A DNA stretch of 64,000 bases from Octopus sinensis (GCF_006345805.1 NC_043002.1:100998001-101062000); one strand, 5' to 3'. Shown: positions 24,756-38,869, counted from the first letter of the stretch. A program made the numbers and translations. Notes: generated from the letters alone by a model not told the origin.

Positions 24756-27330
24756 GTGTGTACTATGTCGAATCCACGAGAAGCAAAAGTGAGGAAAATT
24801 TCTGATTTCTTCATTACTTCGTCACATCCAAAGAATCCAGGAGCATCGGATATTGTGGAGGTGCAACTCAACAAATCTTTATATATAAAAGTGAGGTTGT
24901 GTGGTGTCTGTCTCCTACGATTCAGATTCCTAACTACTCCCACATTTTACGGTGCAGTTTAACCAAAACCGGGTATCTTATAGACGTGATTCATATCGAA
25001 CCCTTCTGGGTATTAGTGCGCGTCTACGATGAGTCTACGATTTAAAAAAAAAATTACCATAATTTTTTTCCATTTTAATGCATTTTTTCGCTATTATATA
25101 AGGGAAGTAACTCTCTAAAAATGTCTACGATGAGTCAACGATTAAAAAAAAAATTACCATCATTTTTTTTCCATTTTTAATGCATTCTTTTGCTATTTTT
25201 TGGCTATAACTCTCTAAAAATGCTTATATAGTTATTTCCCTTACAAACCCGAGCAACGCCGGGCGATACTGCTAGTTATTGATAAAGCTCTTCCAGTAAA
25301 TCGCGATATCCCATCGAAATATTGCACATCAACTGAACAATTCGTGCTAAGTGAAACATTTGAATTTCCCAAGGATGCAAAAAAAACCGTTCATGTCGCT
25401 CAGATTGGTTTAAAGAGAACCCATGGCTTCATCATGATATTCAGTATGATGTTGTTATCTGCTGGTATTGTCTTGAAAGAGTTCGGGCTAACAGGATTCC
25501 ATCTCCCAAGGAAACTGCCTTTTTGACTTGTGTAAGAAACTGGGGCAAAATTACTGCAAAAATTGCTGCACATAGCCGTTCTGGTCCCCATATAAACGCT
25601 ATCCGCACTTTTCGGTTGGAGACAGGTATATATCTGACTCTGAATAAGCAGGTGATTCAGCAACAAGAAGTAACCCGGTAAGCTTTAAAAATTATTTTCA
25701 AAGTAGTTAGATTTTGTGGTAGACAAGGCCTAACATTACAAGGGCATGACCACGATATGGGAAACTTTGTAAATCGCGTAAGGGAACTTGCTGAAGAATG
25801 CAGTGCAGAAGTAAGTCAGTGGTTTAAGCGCCGGGACAATTTCCTCTCTGATACAATTCAAAATGAAGTTTTAGAGGCATATGCTCATAACATATTACAT
25901 GAGATCAAAATAAAAGTAGAAAATTCCAGGTTTATTGGCATTATATGTGATGGTACCACTGATTGCTCTGGCATAGAACAAGTATCAATCACTGTCCGGT
26001 ACGTTTCTGAAGACCTGAATGTCAATGAGGATTTTCTAGGTTTTTATAATCTCCCTGACTGCTCTTCAGAGACACTGACTAAGATTATTCTGGATGTTTT
26101 TTGTCGCCTAAACATTTCACTTGGCTCAAAGTTATGCTGTTTTTCATTTCATGGTGCAAGTACCATGAGTGGAAACATTTCAGGTGTACAAATGCGATTG
26201 GAAAAATTCGTTCCCAGGTACATATTTTGTACACTGTGGAAACCACTCTCTGGACCTTGTCCTCCAAGAAGTTAGTTCTAAGGTTACCTTTGTAGCTGAT
26301 GCACTGAACTTTGTTCATCAATGTGCCATTCTTGTAAAAGAGTCACCAAAAAGAAAAGCACAATGGGCAAATCTTTGTGGTGAGAATGTCATCATGTTGC
26401 AAGCAGTGTGTCCAACTCGGTGGTACATTAGAGCAACAGCACTGAACGAGCAGAAAACAATTATAAGAATATTCAGAATTTTTTGCTTGACCTTCTTAAT
26501 GACTCGTCGTTAAGAGCAACAACAAAGGCTACTGTTAAAGGGCTGCTAAAACAATCTGGCAAAGCTTCCACTTTGTTCGGCATTAAAATCGCTGGGGATA
26601 TATTTGGAGTATGTGAGCCAGTGGTAATTAGCTTACAGCGTCCAGGCACGACAGCCGGTGATTGCTTGAACTTGATTGAAAAGTTGAAAAACTCTCTTTC
26701 AAAAATGAGAAGTGAGAAGGTTTTTGAAAAATATTTCGATGAAGTATCCCTCTTCTGACTTAGTGAAAATGCCCAACAATTTCGCGATCCAAAAACATAC
26801 CACTGCGCTTTAGGCAGACAACAACTACTGAAGAAGTTGCTCTTTCTGTCACCGATGACTGGCGTCGGCAATTTTTTTCTACAGTGGATGTCATCAAAAA
26901 TGAATTGTCTCACCGGTTTCAGCAAGAGGGAATGCGTGTATGCTCTGAGCGAGAGGAGTTGCTGTTGTCAGCAGTCAATTGTGGAGTATTTAATTTTGAA
27001 AATACACATCTACCTGCTTCTTGTGATTTGCTCTTACTGTAATTTCAAATCAAACTTCTTGCTGGCCTATGGACGGAAAGGGAAACTTTGCTTAAATCAT
27101 TTATTGACATAATTGAGAAATGGAGAGCGTCCGATGCTATTTTTCGTTCTAGTGTGCCACAAGTGTTGGTGTTAATGCAGCTTGTCCTGTCTTCACCTAT
27201 ATCTGTTGTATCAAGTGAAAGAACATTCAGCGCATTTCGCCGTTTGAAGACCTGGCTTCGTACCACAATGACACAGCACCGTCTTACACATTGTGCCATA
27301 ATGCATGTACCTAAAAAAAATATGCGATGA
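24756..27330 (+). pseudogene. hAT transposase (ZMYM1/DUF4371-like), frameshifted
   Basis: TTF-type Zn finger (RSDWFKENPWLH...VICWYC), RQGLTLQGHD, IICDGTTD, HCGNHSLDL, CPTRW and dimerisation motif SSERTFSAFRRLKTWLRTTMTQHRL, spread over several frames. Confidence 0.88.
24876..25275 (+). mobile_element. Non-autonomous Helitron, copy 4, nested in the hAT
   Basis: A|TC...CTAG|T, no TSD. Confidence 0.85.
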
Positions 27331-27589
27331 AAGCAGTTTGCACATCCTCATGAAATGTTTCATTAACAAAACGTGTGAGCGTAGGGAAAACTTTTGAAAT
27401 ATGTTGATACAGTTTTCTATATATATATGTGTGAATTATGGAGTGATGTAAAAACTCGGCTTCCATTTTAACACTTCTTATAGCTTCATTATTTCTTTCT
27501 TAGTAAACTGACATTTGAATGTTCAGAGAAAACTTCAAAAGTAACTATTAGTGACTTCTCTTGAAGCTTAACAAAATTTGGCATCATGC

Positions 27590-28450
27590 TGTTATCAAGT
27601 ACCTGTAGAAAAAGGATTCAGTCCTCAAGGGCATGTTGATATATCGGAGGATGATGCACCAGTTTTATCAACAGTGCAAAAGTGATTAACTGATTTGAGC
27701 AGAGATAATTTTGAGGAGACTAATGATCAGAGAAAAAAAATAAATTGCCAATGTTATTAGCATATCACATGTGAGAGCTGAGAATATTCTACACAATAAA
27801 TTTGGCATGATGAAAGTTTCTGCTTGGTGGGTGTTGCCTCTTCTGACTCCTGATTAAAAGGACACCAGGCTGATGACATTTCAAGAATATCTGATATTGC
27901 TTGAGGCAAATCCAGTTTCCTTAAATGTGTTGGGTTCATCATTTTGAGTTAGGGAATAAGAGATAATCTAACTCCTCAATACTTACTCTAAAGAAGGTCA
28001 TCAAGATCGTTTAATCTGCAGGGAAGGTGATGGCCTCAGTATTTTGGATTGCAAAAAGCATCGTGTTTATTGACTACTTTCAAAAGGCTCTCACCATCAA
28101 TGGAGAGTGCTGTACTGTGTCACCTTTCTAAGGCAGTTGCGAAAGGCTATCAAGGCCAAACGCAAGGAAAATTGTCGAGTATGTTTTTATTTCATCGAAA
28201 CAACTACTCCAGTGCACAAGTAATTGGTTTCGATGGCTGCTGTGTGTGATTGGCTTTGAACTGCTAAGCCACCCTCCCTACTTTAGTGATTTGACCTCAT
28301 CTTATTATCTATATCCCCTACACATAAAAAAAAATCGGTTAGGAACCAATATCATAGTGATGATGTCTTATCAGCTGTTGAAAACTGGTTTAACTAACAG
28401 GATGGCTTCTTTTCCAAGACAATCGAAGCTATGAATCGGTGAAAGAAGTA
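27590..28450 (+). mobile_element. Decayed mariner transposase
   Basis: HPPYFSDLT (HPPYSPDL-type) motif and upstream mariner-like segments. Confidence 0.6.
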
Positions 28451-28984
28451 TGTTGATGATCTTTTCTGTTTGATTTTCACTTTTCAATTGCCTCAGTTTT
28501 GTTCCAATTTCAAAAATGCGTATTGTTCACATGAACTAAACCAACAGTATGTTTATCCAACATTTCACAAAACTTTATTAAAACTTCCGTCGTTGAATGT
28601 TTTAACATTATAATGTTGTCGCCTTGTACAAAATGCCAGCTTCCACATCCTGTTCTCTGATTGAGGGGAAAATGATCAAACTTTAAACCTCTGTCACAGT
28701 TTTCTAAAGCTTTTTCGGGAATAAGTGAATAGCATCAGATTCAACGTGAAAAATTACACCAATGTATCAAATTTGAAAATTTTTGCTTAATTTTAAAATT
28801 TCTGAAGGTGAAATCAAGCAGAAAAGATCCTAATATTTAAAAATGAACTTCATTTGGTCACATTCCATGAGAATATATTGGTCAGCCTGTTAATTTTCCA
28901 GTCGATCCTCATAATAATAAAAGTTATTATTATTGAACATTTGTTTGTTTTGAAACCCAAATTAGAAAACTTCACCTTGTTTGT

Positions 28985-29655
28985 AAAAATTTTGGGTACT
29001 ACAGGAGAAGTGTGGACCTGAGTTCTGAGAGTGCGCATGTCACAAATTTGCGCGTGCGCGCGCGTTTATTTGTAAGTAGTCGATTTTAGCTCACCAGGCA
29101 AATGACGAGACTCGTGGATGCGCGCTACTAGTTGATTTTAACACAGAGGTAAACAACGAGATACACGGACATGCGCTACTTATTGTAAATGGAGCGGAGT
29201 TACCCATGAAATACAAAAAGAAACTTGCAGATAAATTGAATATAAAAGTGAAAAATAATCATTGAATACTAAAAAAAAAAAATTCATCTCCCCTAACCCT
29301 CAACCTAACACTAAACCCTAACCCTAATCCCTAACCCCAAGCTCTTCATAAAATATGGGAAAAGCTGGAGATGCATGTTTTGAAAACCTTCTGAACTATC
29401 TTTCAGAATAGTTTACTTTTCAATGAAATATCATTTTGTTTTTTTTTCATGTTTTTCTTCAATTTATCTGCAATTTTCTTCTTGTATTAGATGGATAACC
29501 CACCCTCCATTTACGCAAGGAGTAGCGCGCGTCTTGTTGTTTACGTGCGTGCTAAAATCGACTACTTACGACTAACGCGCTCACATGCGCAAATTTGTGA
29601 CATGCACACTCTCAGAACTCGGATCGACACTTTTTCAGTAGTGCCAAATTTTGAA
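28985..29655. mobile_element. MITE with long imperfect TIRs and internal CCCTAA-like repeats
   Basis: GAGTTCTGAGAGTGYGCATGTCACAAATTTGCGC near 29020 is mirrored near 29585-29620; CCCTAA/CCTAA units at about 29290-29340. Confidence 0.7.
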
Positions 29656-30508
29656 ACTGAGTTTGCACCCCCTAAGCAAATTTTGTTCCCGGGCCACTGG
29701 GTGCAGCCTACATAGGCACACACATATACATGTGTGTGTGTATATGTATATATATATATATATACATATATATTTTATACACATATATATAAACAAATAT
29801 ACATGGAGAAATACACACATATAGATATATATACACATAGAGCTTTCGTATCATGTCTGGTACAGCAAATGCATTGCGAAATAGTTTTTCTGTAAGATAA
29901 GTGTTCAGAGTGACCCAAAAGTATTTTCCCAGATCTAGAAAAAAATATAGCAGTAGGAACTCTCCTTTCCTAACAACACAATAACCCACAATGCATTTGG
30001 TGTACCGGTGCTGATTTCAATATTAGGGATTCATCACTCGTCTGTAAAAGAAATGCATTCCATAGACATGAAAACCTACAAGAACATCATCTGGCAATCT
30101 CCACAGAAATTGTACCATCGGCAGGGTCTACCTAAGAAGAGATAATCTAGGTAGAGGCTTGGGTTCAGTGCAGACAGCCTTCAAATATTGCCTAATCTCT
30201 CTCAGACAGCACATACTAAGCAACTGCAGCAAGACTAAATACATTAAATTTGTGCTGAATGTGAAGAAAACGATATTCTACGTGTCCGAACCGAGATGTT
30301 CAGGAAGTTCTCTTCCTGTTTACCTCACATACAAGTCCAGATCAGGAGAACTTGCATACTTCAAAGAATATTTCGAGGTGAAACGATCAGTATACCGAAA
30401 AGAGAAGTGAATTTGCAGTTTGCGCTGAAGAGCATACACTACTGTGTTAGGAGAGATTTATCAAGAATGGGCAACAAAAAGAAGTAGAATGAGAGAGAGA
30501 GAGAGAGA

Positions 30509-30557
<49 letters not shown>

Positions 30558-31843
30558 TGAGGGAAATACACCTAAGAGAGGAGCGGTGAAAAATGGTCAA
30601 TTTAGTCTCCATTTGTCAACATTCTTAAAGTCATATCACAAATTCTCCCTCTTCTGTATTTGATACATCCAAGTGTTGTTATTATCGTCTGGTCTTTATC
30701 TTTTAAATGAGCTCTGCACAATACACAATAGTATATTCTTGTGAACAATTCTCTATTTCTCCCAGTTTGCCATTTTCGTTTCTCATATGCTCTGATATAC
30801 CTTGGTGGGCAACCTTGCTACATATATCTCGATAGAAATACCGGTCGATTGTATGCTTAAGCTACACCTCATTTATAAGTGAAAATCTCAAGCAAAATAG
30901 CTAATGCTGATGATGTGAACGAGACTGGAGCCAATGCTGAAGATGTCCTGCCTAGCAGGTGTCTTCTTGTTCAGGGGGTTGGACCTGGCTTAATTCGAAA
31001 TTGGGCTGTTGCAGAAAGTATGAGACTGAAGATCAACGAGAAAAGGATATTGACGGAAAGAAAAGGAAATGAAAAAACCTTAGTGGAAAAGGAGAATGTC
31101 AGAAAATTTAAACTCCCTGAAAAGCGTAGTCTCGATACTTGACAGCAGAATAAAAAGAAAAAGAGAATTCAAGAATGGTTGCAAATTTGAAAAAATTGAG
31201 GAAGTGTCGTGTTAATACAAAACGACTGAATATTGTGACATCTAAGGTTTTCATCGATTATTTCTGGGACTTTGTGCAATAAATGAATAGAAATTTACTG
31301 CAGACGAGCTGTCTCCATACCACTATTCTGCGCTTTTAAGGCAACAATTACAGCGTGCCTTCTCAGTTGCTGAGACATCCTGTGTCTGAAATTAGTTATT
31401 TGAAATGTAAGGTTTAAAAAAAAATTGAATTCGCAAGAAAATCAAAGCTCTTAAAAGAGCTTATATATACTATGATATATATACTATGCTGTGCGGATGG
31501 ATGCAAATTTTTTTTTCTTTTTAGAGGAAAACAATAACCAACATTTTAGCCGTCTCTAGCAATATCAAAACATAAAGCGGAATATAACAGAAGGTAGTGT
31601 TTAATACACAGAACGTCGAATGTGATAAGACACATGATGCAACTATTGAATTATTTAATGAATATTTAATTCAAGCCCAGAAAAAGGAATCTGTGTCACT
31701 ACTCTACGGGGTATTAAAAAAGAAAAAAAGACCTTCATTTGTCAGCTAGTGTTTTATAGCATGTCGTTACAAACCCATTGAATTTCAGGATAATAAAAAC
31801 GGAGATATATTGTCACCAGCTGTTTTGGCGGCATTACAGTAGA

Positions 31844-31878
31844 TATAAATACGCATTGTTTTCGCATTTGTCATTTTT
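31844..31878 (+). promoter_or_regulatory. TATA box (TATAAATA) and initiator (TCATTT) of the novel secreted-protein gene
   Basis: TATA at 31844, Inr A at 31873 (29 nt later), followed 45 nt later by a GTAAGT donor. Confidence 0.6.
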
Positions 31879-31917
31879 TTTTCAATTTTTCTGCGCTGCT
31901 TTCTCCTATTGGCATAC
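31873..31917 (+). other. Predicted non-coding first exon
   Basis: Lies between the Inr and the GTAAGT at 31918; the next exon opens with an acceptor 6 nt before its ATG, so an upstream exon is required. Confidence 0.55.
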
Positions 31918-32169
31918 GTAAGTGAATGTCTATCCATATTTCTTTTTCATAAGGTATTTGTATAATTACATGACTGTTTTTAAATATAGCTCAGAATTTG
32001 TTCATCAATGTTTTCTTATAATACATAATTTGAGAAATGCGTCTAATACAAAGTTATCTGGAAGTATCTTGAAATGGTTTTAATGATTAAGAAGAGAAAA
32101 TATGAGGTCTGTATCTAAACTAATTGTATTTTCTCGGTTTCTGTATGTGAATATATCTCTGTGTGTGTT

Positions 32170-32232
32170 TGTATCCATCCATCCATCCATCCATCCATCC
32201 ATCCATCCATCCATCCATCCATCCATCCATCC

Positions 32233-32297
<65 letters not shown>

Positions 32298-32305
32298 GCT
32301 ATCTA
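32170..32305. repeat. Compound (TCCA)n(TCTA)n microsatellite
   Basis: Directly visible. Confidence 0.95.
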
Positions 32306-32348
32306 TCTAGTTCTAGAAATTGTGTTTCGTAAACGACAGACTATGCTG

Positions 32349-32433
32349 ACACATTCTTCGTGGCAAATGGCGAATTTGACGTTTATTTCTAGCATACAGG
32401 CTGTCCACTATTAGTGGTCATTCCTCTAAATTT

Positions 32434-32469
<36 letters not shown>

Positions 32470-32499
32470 TATAAGCAGTTACACTTATGTACATGCACA

Positions 32500-32534
<35 letters not shown>

Positions 32535-32980
32535 TCTCGTATCTACTTGTATTGCTTCCCTTTCTCTCTGAATTAGAAAACGGTTACTTGTTTGATGTTT
32601 ACGCATCCATATACGTAAATATTAACAAGTGAAACTAATTAGTACATAGGTAATCATTCTTTATTTTGTATATTTTCATTTGTGTGCATATTTTTACACT
32701 TTGGTTTTTTGCTGAATTTTTTCTTGAGAACACATTCTTCGTGGTAAATGGCGAATTTGACGTTTATTTCTAGCATACAGGCTGTCCACTATTAGTGGTC
32801 ATTCCTCTAAATTTTGTATATATATATATATATATACATATATATATTAATTAATAATAAAATATTAGGGAATAAATCCAAACTTACAGGGAAAAAAAAA
32901 AATATATATATATATATATATATGCATATAAGCAGTAACACTTATGTACATGCACACACACACTCTCTCTCTCCCTCCCC

Positions 32981-33017
<37 letters not shown>

Positions 33018-33076
33018 TCGTATCTACTTGTATTGCTTCCCTTTCTCTCCAAATTAGAAAACGGTTACTTGTTTGA
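32349..33076. repeat. Local direct duplication (about 32349-32596 and 32730-33076)
   Basis: ACACATTCTTCGTGG...GGTTACTTGTTTGAT occurs twice, differing mainly in microsatellite length. Confidence 0.9.
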
Positions 33077-33107
33077 TTATTATTTTCAATTGCACTTTCA
33101 GGTCAAT

Positions 33108-33180
33108 ATGACACGGCTACTTCCCATTTGCTCGTTGTTTTTGACTGCATTAACAGCTGTTATGGATGCAGTTGGGATCG
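33108..33180 (+). CDS. Novel secreted Cys-rich protein, coding exon 1 (signal peptide)
   Basis: CACTTTCAG acceptor, AATATG start, MTRLLPICSLFLTALTAVMDAVGI, phase-1 GTAAGT donor. Confidence 0.85.
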
Positions 33181-33335
33181 GTAAGTTTCCAATGAGATAT
33201 AGAAATACTGAATAATTAAACTATTTGAAAATTGCCTGAGCACCAATTCTTTCATCGATTTAATCAGTTACTCTTTACCTGTTTTTAATTGTGTTGCACT
33301 TAATCGATATTTGATTTCCATTATTCTGACTTGAT

Positions 33336-33600
33336 ATACGGGGTAGTTACAAAAGGTTCCAGGACAAATTGTTTTGACTAAAAAGTGAATTTATTCGCCT
33401 AAGATTTAACATCAATCCTTTTTCGAAAGAGTCACCTTAAGCAGCCATAGAGTGATCCCAGCATTTGTGTCACTTTTGGAAGTCGTTTTCCGAGAGAGAG
33501 CGGATGCCCTTCCGCAATTCGATCTGGATCTGATGGAAGTCCGCAGGTGCTAAATCTGGTGAATAGGTTGGGTGTGGAAACCATACCATGTTGTATTTGG
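33336..33600 (-). mobile_element. Mariner 3' end
   Basis: MVWFPHPTYSPDLAPADFH motif; TA|CGGGGTAGTTACAAAAGGTTCC terminus. Confidence 0.65.
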
Positions 33601-34950
33601 TGAGAAACTCAAGAGGAAGGAGAGCTTGGGAATAGCACTGCTGCAGATTGAGAAACAACTGAAGCACACCCATGAGAAGGTAAGATCAGACAGAGAAGCC
33701 TGAGTTAAAAGAAATATAAAATTAGACCCTAAAACCTTCTTTAGGTACGCCAAGGAGACTGCATTGCAGGGTAGGCCCGCTTTTCGCAAAAGATAGCTCT
33801 CTCACGGGAAACCCAATGAGGATAAGTGAAGCACTGAATGAACAGTTTTAAAGTGTCTTCCCCCCACCGCTACGACACATGAAAATTAGCAAACCTGTAG
33901 AAATTTTACCACTACAGAAGCTGAACAGGAGGCAATAACACTTTATTACATCAGCATCGAAGAAAAGGATGTAATGCCGACAATAAATGATATAAATGCT
34001 AACTCAGTGGCTGGCCCTCGTGGATTCCCAGCAATCCTTCTCAAGTCATGCAAAAAAGTCTTTGCAAAAACATTGAAGCTACTTTTTCAGAGCTTCTCAA
34101 ATAGTAAGCTTCCGGACAAACAAAAGGAGGGGATGTGCCTTATCCGTAAAGTAGGAAGCAGATCAGGTGCTAAAAACTATAGGCATATCTCTCTGATCTC
34201 ACACATCAGCAAAGTCATGGAATGAATAGTATGAAGGAAATTAATTGCATTCCTTGAAGAGGATGACTTGCTGACTGATACCCAGCATTGGTTTTCGACG
34301 CAGCTCTTGAAACATTACGACTGGTTGCTAAAGCAGCTTCTCAACAACTCAAGTGTGGACGTGATATACCTCGACTTTGCAAAAGCTTTTTAACGAATCG
34401 ACCAAGGTATGATTTGTCACAAGCCGCATAATCTTGACTTAGCTGGAAAACTTGGAGAATGGTCACCTGACTTTCTAACGGATAAAAGTTAGGTTGTAGT
34501 ACTCAATGTGGCCACCTCTAAAGAAACGCAAATAATGGTGTTCCACATGGCATTGTCTTGGGGCCGTAGTTTTTCATAGGGGCCCTCTCTGACATACTCT
34601 TAGCTGCTCAAGTAGCTACTCCTGCTAGCTATGCAGACGATACAAAACTCTCTCAGAGGATACAGAACACTGGGGTTGTTGCGCATCTACAATGTGAGAT
34701 GGATGCAGTATACAGGTGGGCCGAGGGAAATAACATGCAGTTTAATACTGGAAAATTCCAAGCCCTGTGCTGCCAACACAGAAGCTGAATGAAATGCAGA
34801 TAGGATACATTGGTCGAAGAGTAGTTGCAATCCCCGAATCAAAGACAGTGCGTGACTAGGGCAGCGACATGAGTACTGATACTTATTTTCAGGTACACCT
34901 CATCAAGTTGGCAATGAAATGCAGACGCTTGGCCGGATGGATCATTCTAA
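33600..34950 (+). mobile_element. CR1-like LINE RT remnant
   Basis: KNYRHISLISHISKVME, DVIYLDFAKAF, SYADDTKL, WAEGNNMQFN motifs with stops. Confidence 0.8.
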
Positions 34951-35959
34951 CTTTCGTTTTGTTATATATACACTTTTTGCATTACAACTCACCAAGGATG
35001 GATAACTAAATTTATCTTCTTTCCTTTCCTTCTTACATTGTAAAGAAATTTGACACTTTCTAGGCATGTGTTTATATGTATACAGAAATAGACGGATGCA
35101 TAAGATAGTAAACAATGAATATAACGGGGTAACGGAAATTATATTTCTTAATACGACGAGCAGAAAATAAATAGGAATTTTTTACAAAAAATAAAGAATT
35201 GTACGGGTTGAAGCGAAGCTTGTCGGTGAGCCAAAGAGCCAGTATCGAGGGAACCAGAAAAAAAGCCGTTAACAACAGAAATACACAAAACTATTGCAAA
35301 AATAAATAAGAAATTTTTAGGGAAATTAAATGTACGGTTTTAAGTGAAATTTTTGAAGTTACCTATGTCAGTAACTTATGAACTTATATTTATCAATAAT
35401 TCGTCAAGACAAAAGGTTGCGAAAGTGAATAAGAAATTTGTAGACGAGTTTAACGAAGTATACGATTAAAGTGAAATTCATGAAGTTACTTCTGTCTATA
35501 AATTATGTATGAAATTACTTTCATCAGTAATTGTGAAATTCTTTCTGTCACTAATTTGTTATTGTTGTTTGTAAACAGCGATTGGAAACTTACAGTGAAA
35601 ACAATGGTGATTGATCTTAAAGTAAAAACAATAGCGTCAGAAAAATGAAAGTGAAAACAATAGAGAATGGGTGAGAAATAGAGAGAGGGAGAGAGTTAGC
35701 TAGTTAGACAAATAAAATAGATATAGATAGATAAGATATAGACAGAGATAGATAGTTATAGAGATAAAGATATATGGAGAGGTATAGATAGAGCAATAGA
35801 GATGGATCGGGAGAGATGGATAGAGAGATACAGGCATCGTTGATACTAAACATCCGGAAGTATATGTATGTTAAAAAGCTTTTAAAGACTTGAATCTAAT
35901 ATGAAAACCAATAGTTTTTTAATGATAAATGGATGTAAGGGGGACAATCAATTTCTGAA

Positions 35960-36490
35960 AGTTACTTCGCAAAGAGTTACATCCTTTCTCCACGTAACCC
36001 CGGAACGGGTATTTTTGTTGTTCACTTTCTTTCTATTTCCACTCGGATCTGACCTTTCTAGCAAACATCAATTCTGCGGGTAACATTCCTGATGGTGTAT
36101 TCGGATTGGTTGTTACTCTGTACACACTTAGAAATTGTTGACGCGCAAAATCATCTATCACTTCGTTGTTCGCCCTTTTCAACGCCTTCTTGAAAGTGTC
36201 AACAAGACGCACCACTTGCCCATTTTACCTACGATAAAAGGTCATAGTAGCGTCATGTAGTCGATGACAAACATTTTACAAATTTTTCTGAACTCATCTG
36301 ACATAAACTGAGTTCCATTATCAGACAAAATTCTATCAGGAATACCATATCTAATGAACAATTTGTGTAAAAAGCTTCCTGTAACAGCAGATATCGGCTT
36401 TTTACATTTATGCACTTCCGGCCACGTTGAAAAACTGCCCACCACAACAATGGGATACATGTAATTGACTATTTCCCTCCTCAAAATATT
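35960..36490 (-). mobile_element. Gypsy-type integrase remnant
   Basis: RYGIPDRILSDNGTQFMSDEF...LVDTFKKAL...PAELMFARKVRS. Confidence 0.8.
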
Positions 36491-36509
36491 GCTGCTTTTT
36501 CGGAAAATT

Positions 36510-36515
36510 TGAAAC

Positions 36516-36584
<69 letters not shown>

Positions 36585-36728
36585 CATCATCATCATCATT
36601 AATATTATTATTGCCTTTGCACAGCTTCTAACGCTGGAGATGTACTACAGTGTCAGCTGTTCACTACCAGTGAACTAAGGTAACACCTCTTATTTTTTGT
36701 GCACCTTCCGGAGTATTCGAGCGGTTTC

Positions 36729-36780
<52 letters not shown>

Positions 36781-37190
36781 GTAGTAGTAGCAGTAGTAGT
36801 AGTAGTAGTAGTAGTAATAGTAGTAGTAGTATTGAGTGAGACAGCAGTGCATGTCATCAAAGTGACACTGAGGTAAAATATACGAAGCCCAGTACACTTC
36901 TCATGACTACCCGTCCAATAAGTGTACAGCATATATGCATGACATGGTGATCTCATATCAAGTTTAATAGTGCATGACCTTACATGTGGGGCCCAGTTAG
37001 AATTTTCATCAGCTCGAGCAGCCCATCCCGCTCAATAGGTCCCTGTATAAGGGCTGTTTATAGATGGTGAACGAAACACCCATGTTTCCAAAAGTAAATT
37101 TTCCAAACCCCAAAGAATTCTTCTCAACACATCGCAATGATACTCCCCCACTACTACTTCTACTCAAGATTAGAAATGCACATATCATCA
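36510..37190 (-). mobile_element. (TAA)n arrays with associated LINE-tail elements
   Basis: TARILRKV (RLE-type LINE C-terminus) next to (TAA)n; segment 36830-36960 recurs at 47678-47815, again between (TAA)n tracts. Confidence 0.55.
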
Positions 37191-37995
37191 ACCACCAAGG
37201 GACATGCTCAAATGGTTAAGGTCAAACAACTGACAAGCAAATCTGTGGTATTGAGCAGAATATTTGCCGTAGCCCATCGTTTATACCAAGACAAAACAAT
37301 GTACTTATTATTGTTGTTGTTGTTGTTGTTACTAGTTCTATTTTTTAGTATTGATGTATGTAAGCTAGCAAATAACAGCTACACCAAAACCTGAATACCG
37401 GTGTTTCCTGCACTTTACCAGTTCGCTTCAACTACGCACGTGAGTAGGAGAAACCTTTGCTCTTTGCTCTTTTAGGTAGCTCTTTTACTTGTTTCAGTCA
37501 TTTGACTGAGGCCATGCTGGAGCACCGCCTTTAGTCGAGCAAATCGACCCCAGGACTTATTCTTTGTAAGCCTAGTATATATACGACAGGCGTCTTTCAG
37601 TTTCAAGGCTTTGGTTGGCCCGAGGCTATAGTAGAAGACACTTGCCCAAGGTGCCACGCAGTGGGACTGAACCCGGAACCATGTGGTTCGTAAACAAGTT
37701 ACTTACCACAGTGCCACTCCTACGCCTATGTGCCACTCAACCTATATGTTCATTAAATTGGTATCACTATACTCCTCACAATTATTTGTTTCTATCAAAA
37801 CAGGACTGGAAAAAGAAGTAAAAGATCCGACTGAATTTCATATACGGATTGGAATGAAGCAAAGGATATTATCTAAGTTGGATATTATTGGAATCAAGTT
37901 TACATTCTCCTAGTTGATTATAAATTTACGTTAGGAAATATCCACAATATAACATACTCTTTAGTAGATATATTAATATGTGTATTTTTATCTAG

Positions 37996-38133
37996 AGTGT
38001 CATGGATGTTTAATGAATGGTAAATGCTACCGTTTCGGAGAGAGTTGGGAGGAAAAGACAGAAATTATGTGTGACGTGAGAAGATGCATTCGTCTAAATG
38101 AAAAGCAATGGAAAGTAACCGTACAAAAAGTGT
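37996..38133 (+). CDS. Novel secreted Cys-rich protein, coding exon 2 (module 1, phase 1/1)
   Basis: TTTTTATCTAG acceptor; (E)CHGCLMNGKCYRFGESWEEKTEIMCDVRRCIRLNEKQWKVTVQKV; GTAAGT donor at 38134. Confidence 0.88.
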
Positions 38134-38869
38134 GTAAGTTGCCAAAGAATATTTTTGTATCCTCCCTTCATTACACGTTTTCAAAAAGCAAAACCTCAAC
38201 GATGATTTATATTATGTTTGTTTAATTTTTTAATGCGACAGCCCAAGTTTGGCAACTGTTTATTACTGACCATCTGCCGGCATTAATTGTGAAACTGATG
38301 TACGACAACTCAAAGATATAAACGATGGACTCTTAGTTTGTTTAACTCGATTGACAAACGTTAATGTCCAACGGGATACCGGTCTTCTGAATCGTGTGAA
38401 AGGTTCATAGGCTTTCTAAGGGTTTGAACTCAGTGCGTAACGAAATGTAGCTGAACACTACACATTCTTTTAGCTCGTGCTCTAACGATTCAGGTGAGCT
38501 GGCAGTAGAATAATTAGCATTTCGGACAGAATGCTCAACGGCATTTCTTCCAGATCTTTACGTACTGAGATTAAATCATGCCGTGTTTAACACCGCTTTT
38601 CGTCTTCGAAGGGACGAAATTTAAGGGAGCAGTCTAATATCGACAAAATATACTGGATTCATCTCCTCAAAAATTACTGGCATTGAAACCCGTAATAGAT
38701 AGACCTCCCGTTTACAGGGATCTTCGTCGCTTAAACGCCATGGAAACTGGGATACCGGTCTTCTGAATCATGTGAAAGGTCCATAGGCTTTCTAAGATAC
38801 TCTCAAAGATATGTGACCGAATGAAATTCAGTATAGTACCCCAAGCGGTCAACACATTTATTTCATCAG

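Noticed and set aside
38240-38330. Acceptor-like site giving an alternative phase-1 exon after 38133
   Set aside because: No cysteines or module similarity; the exon at 42666 fits far better.
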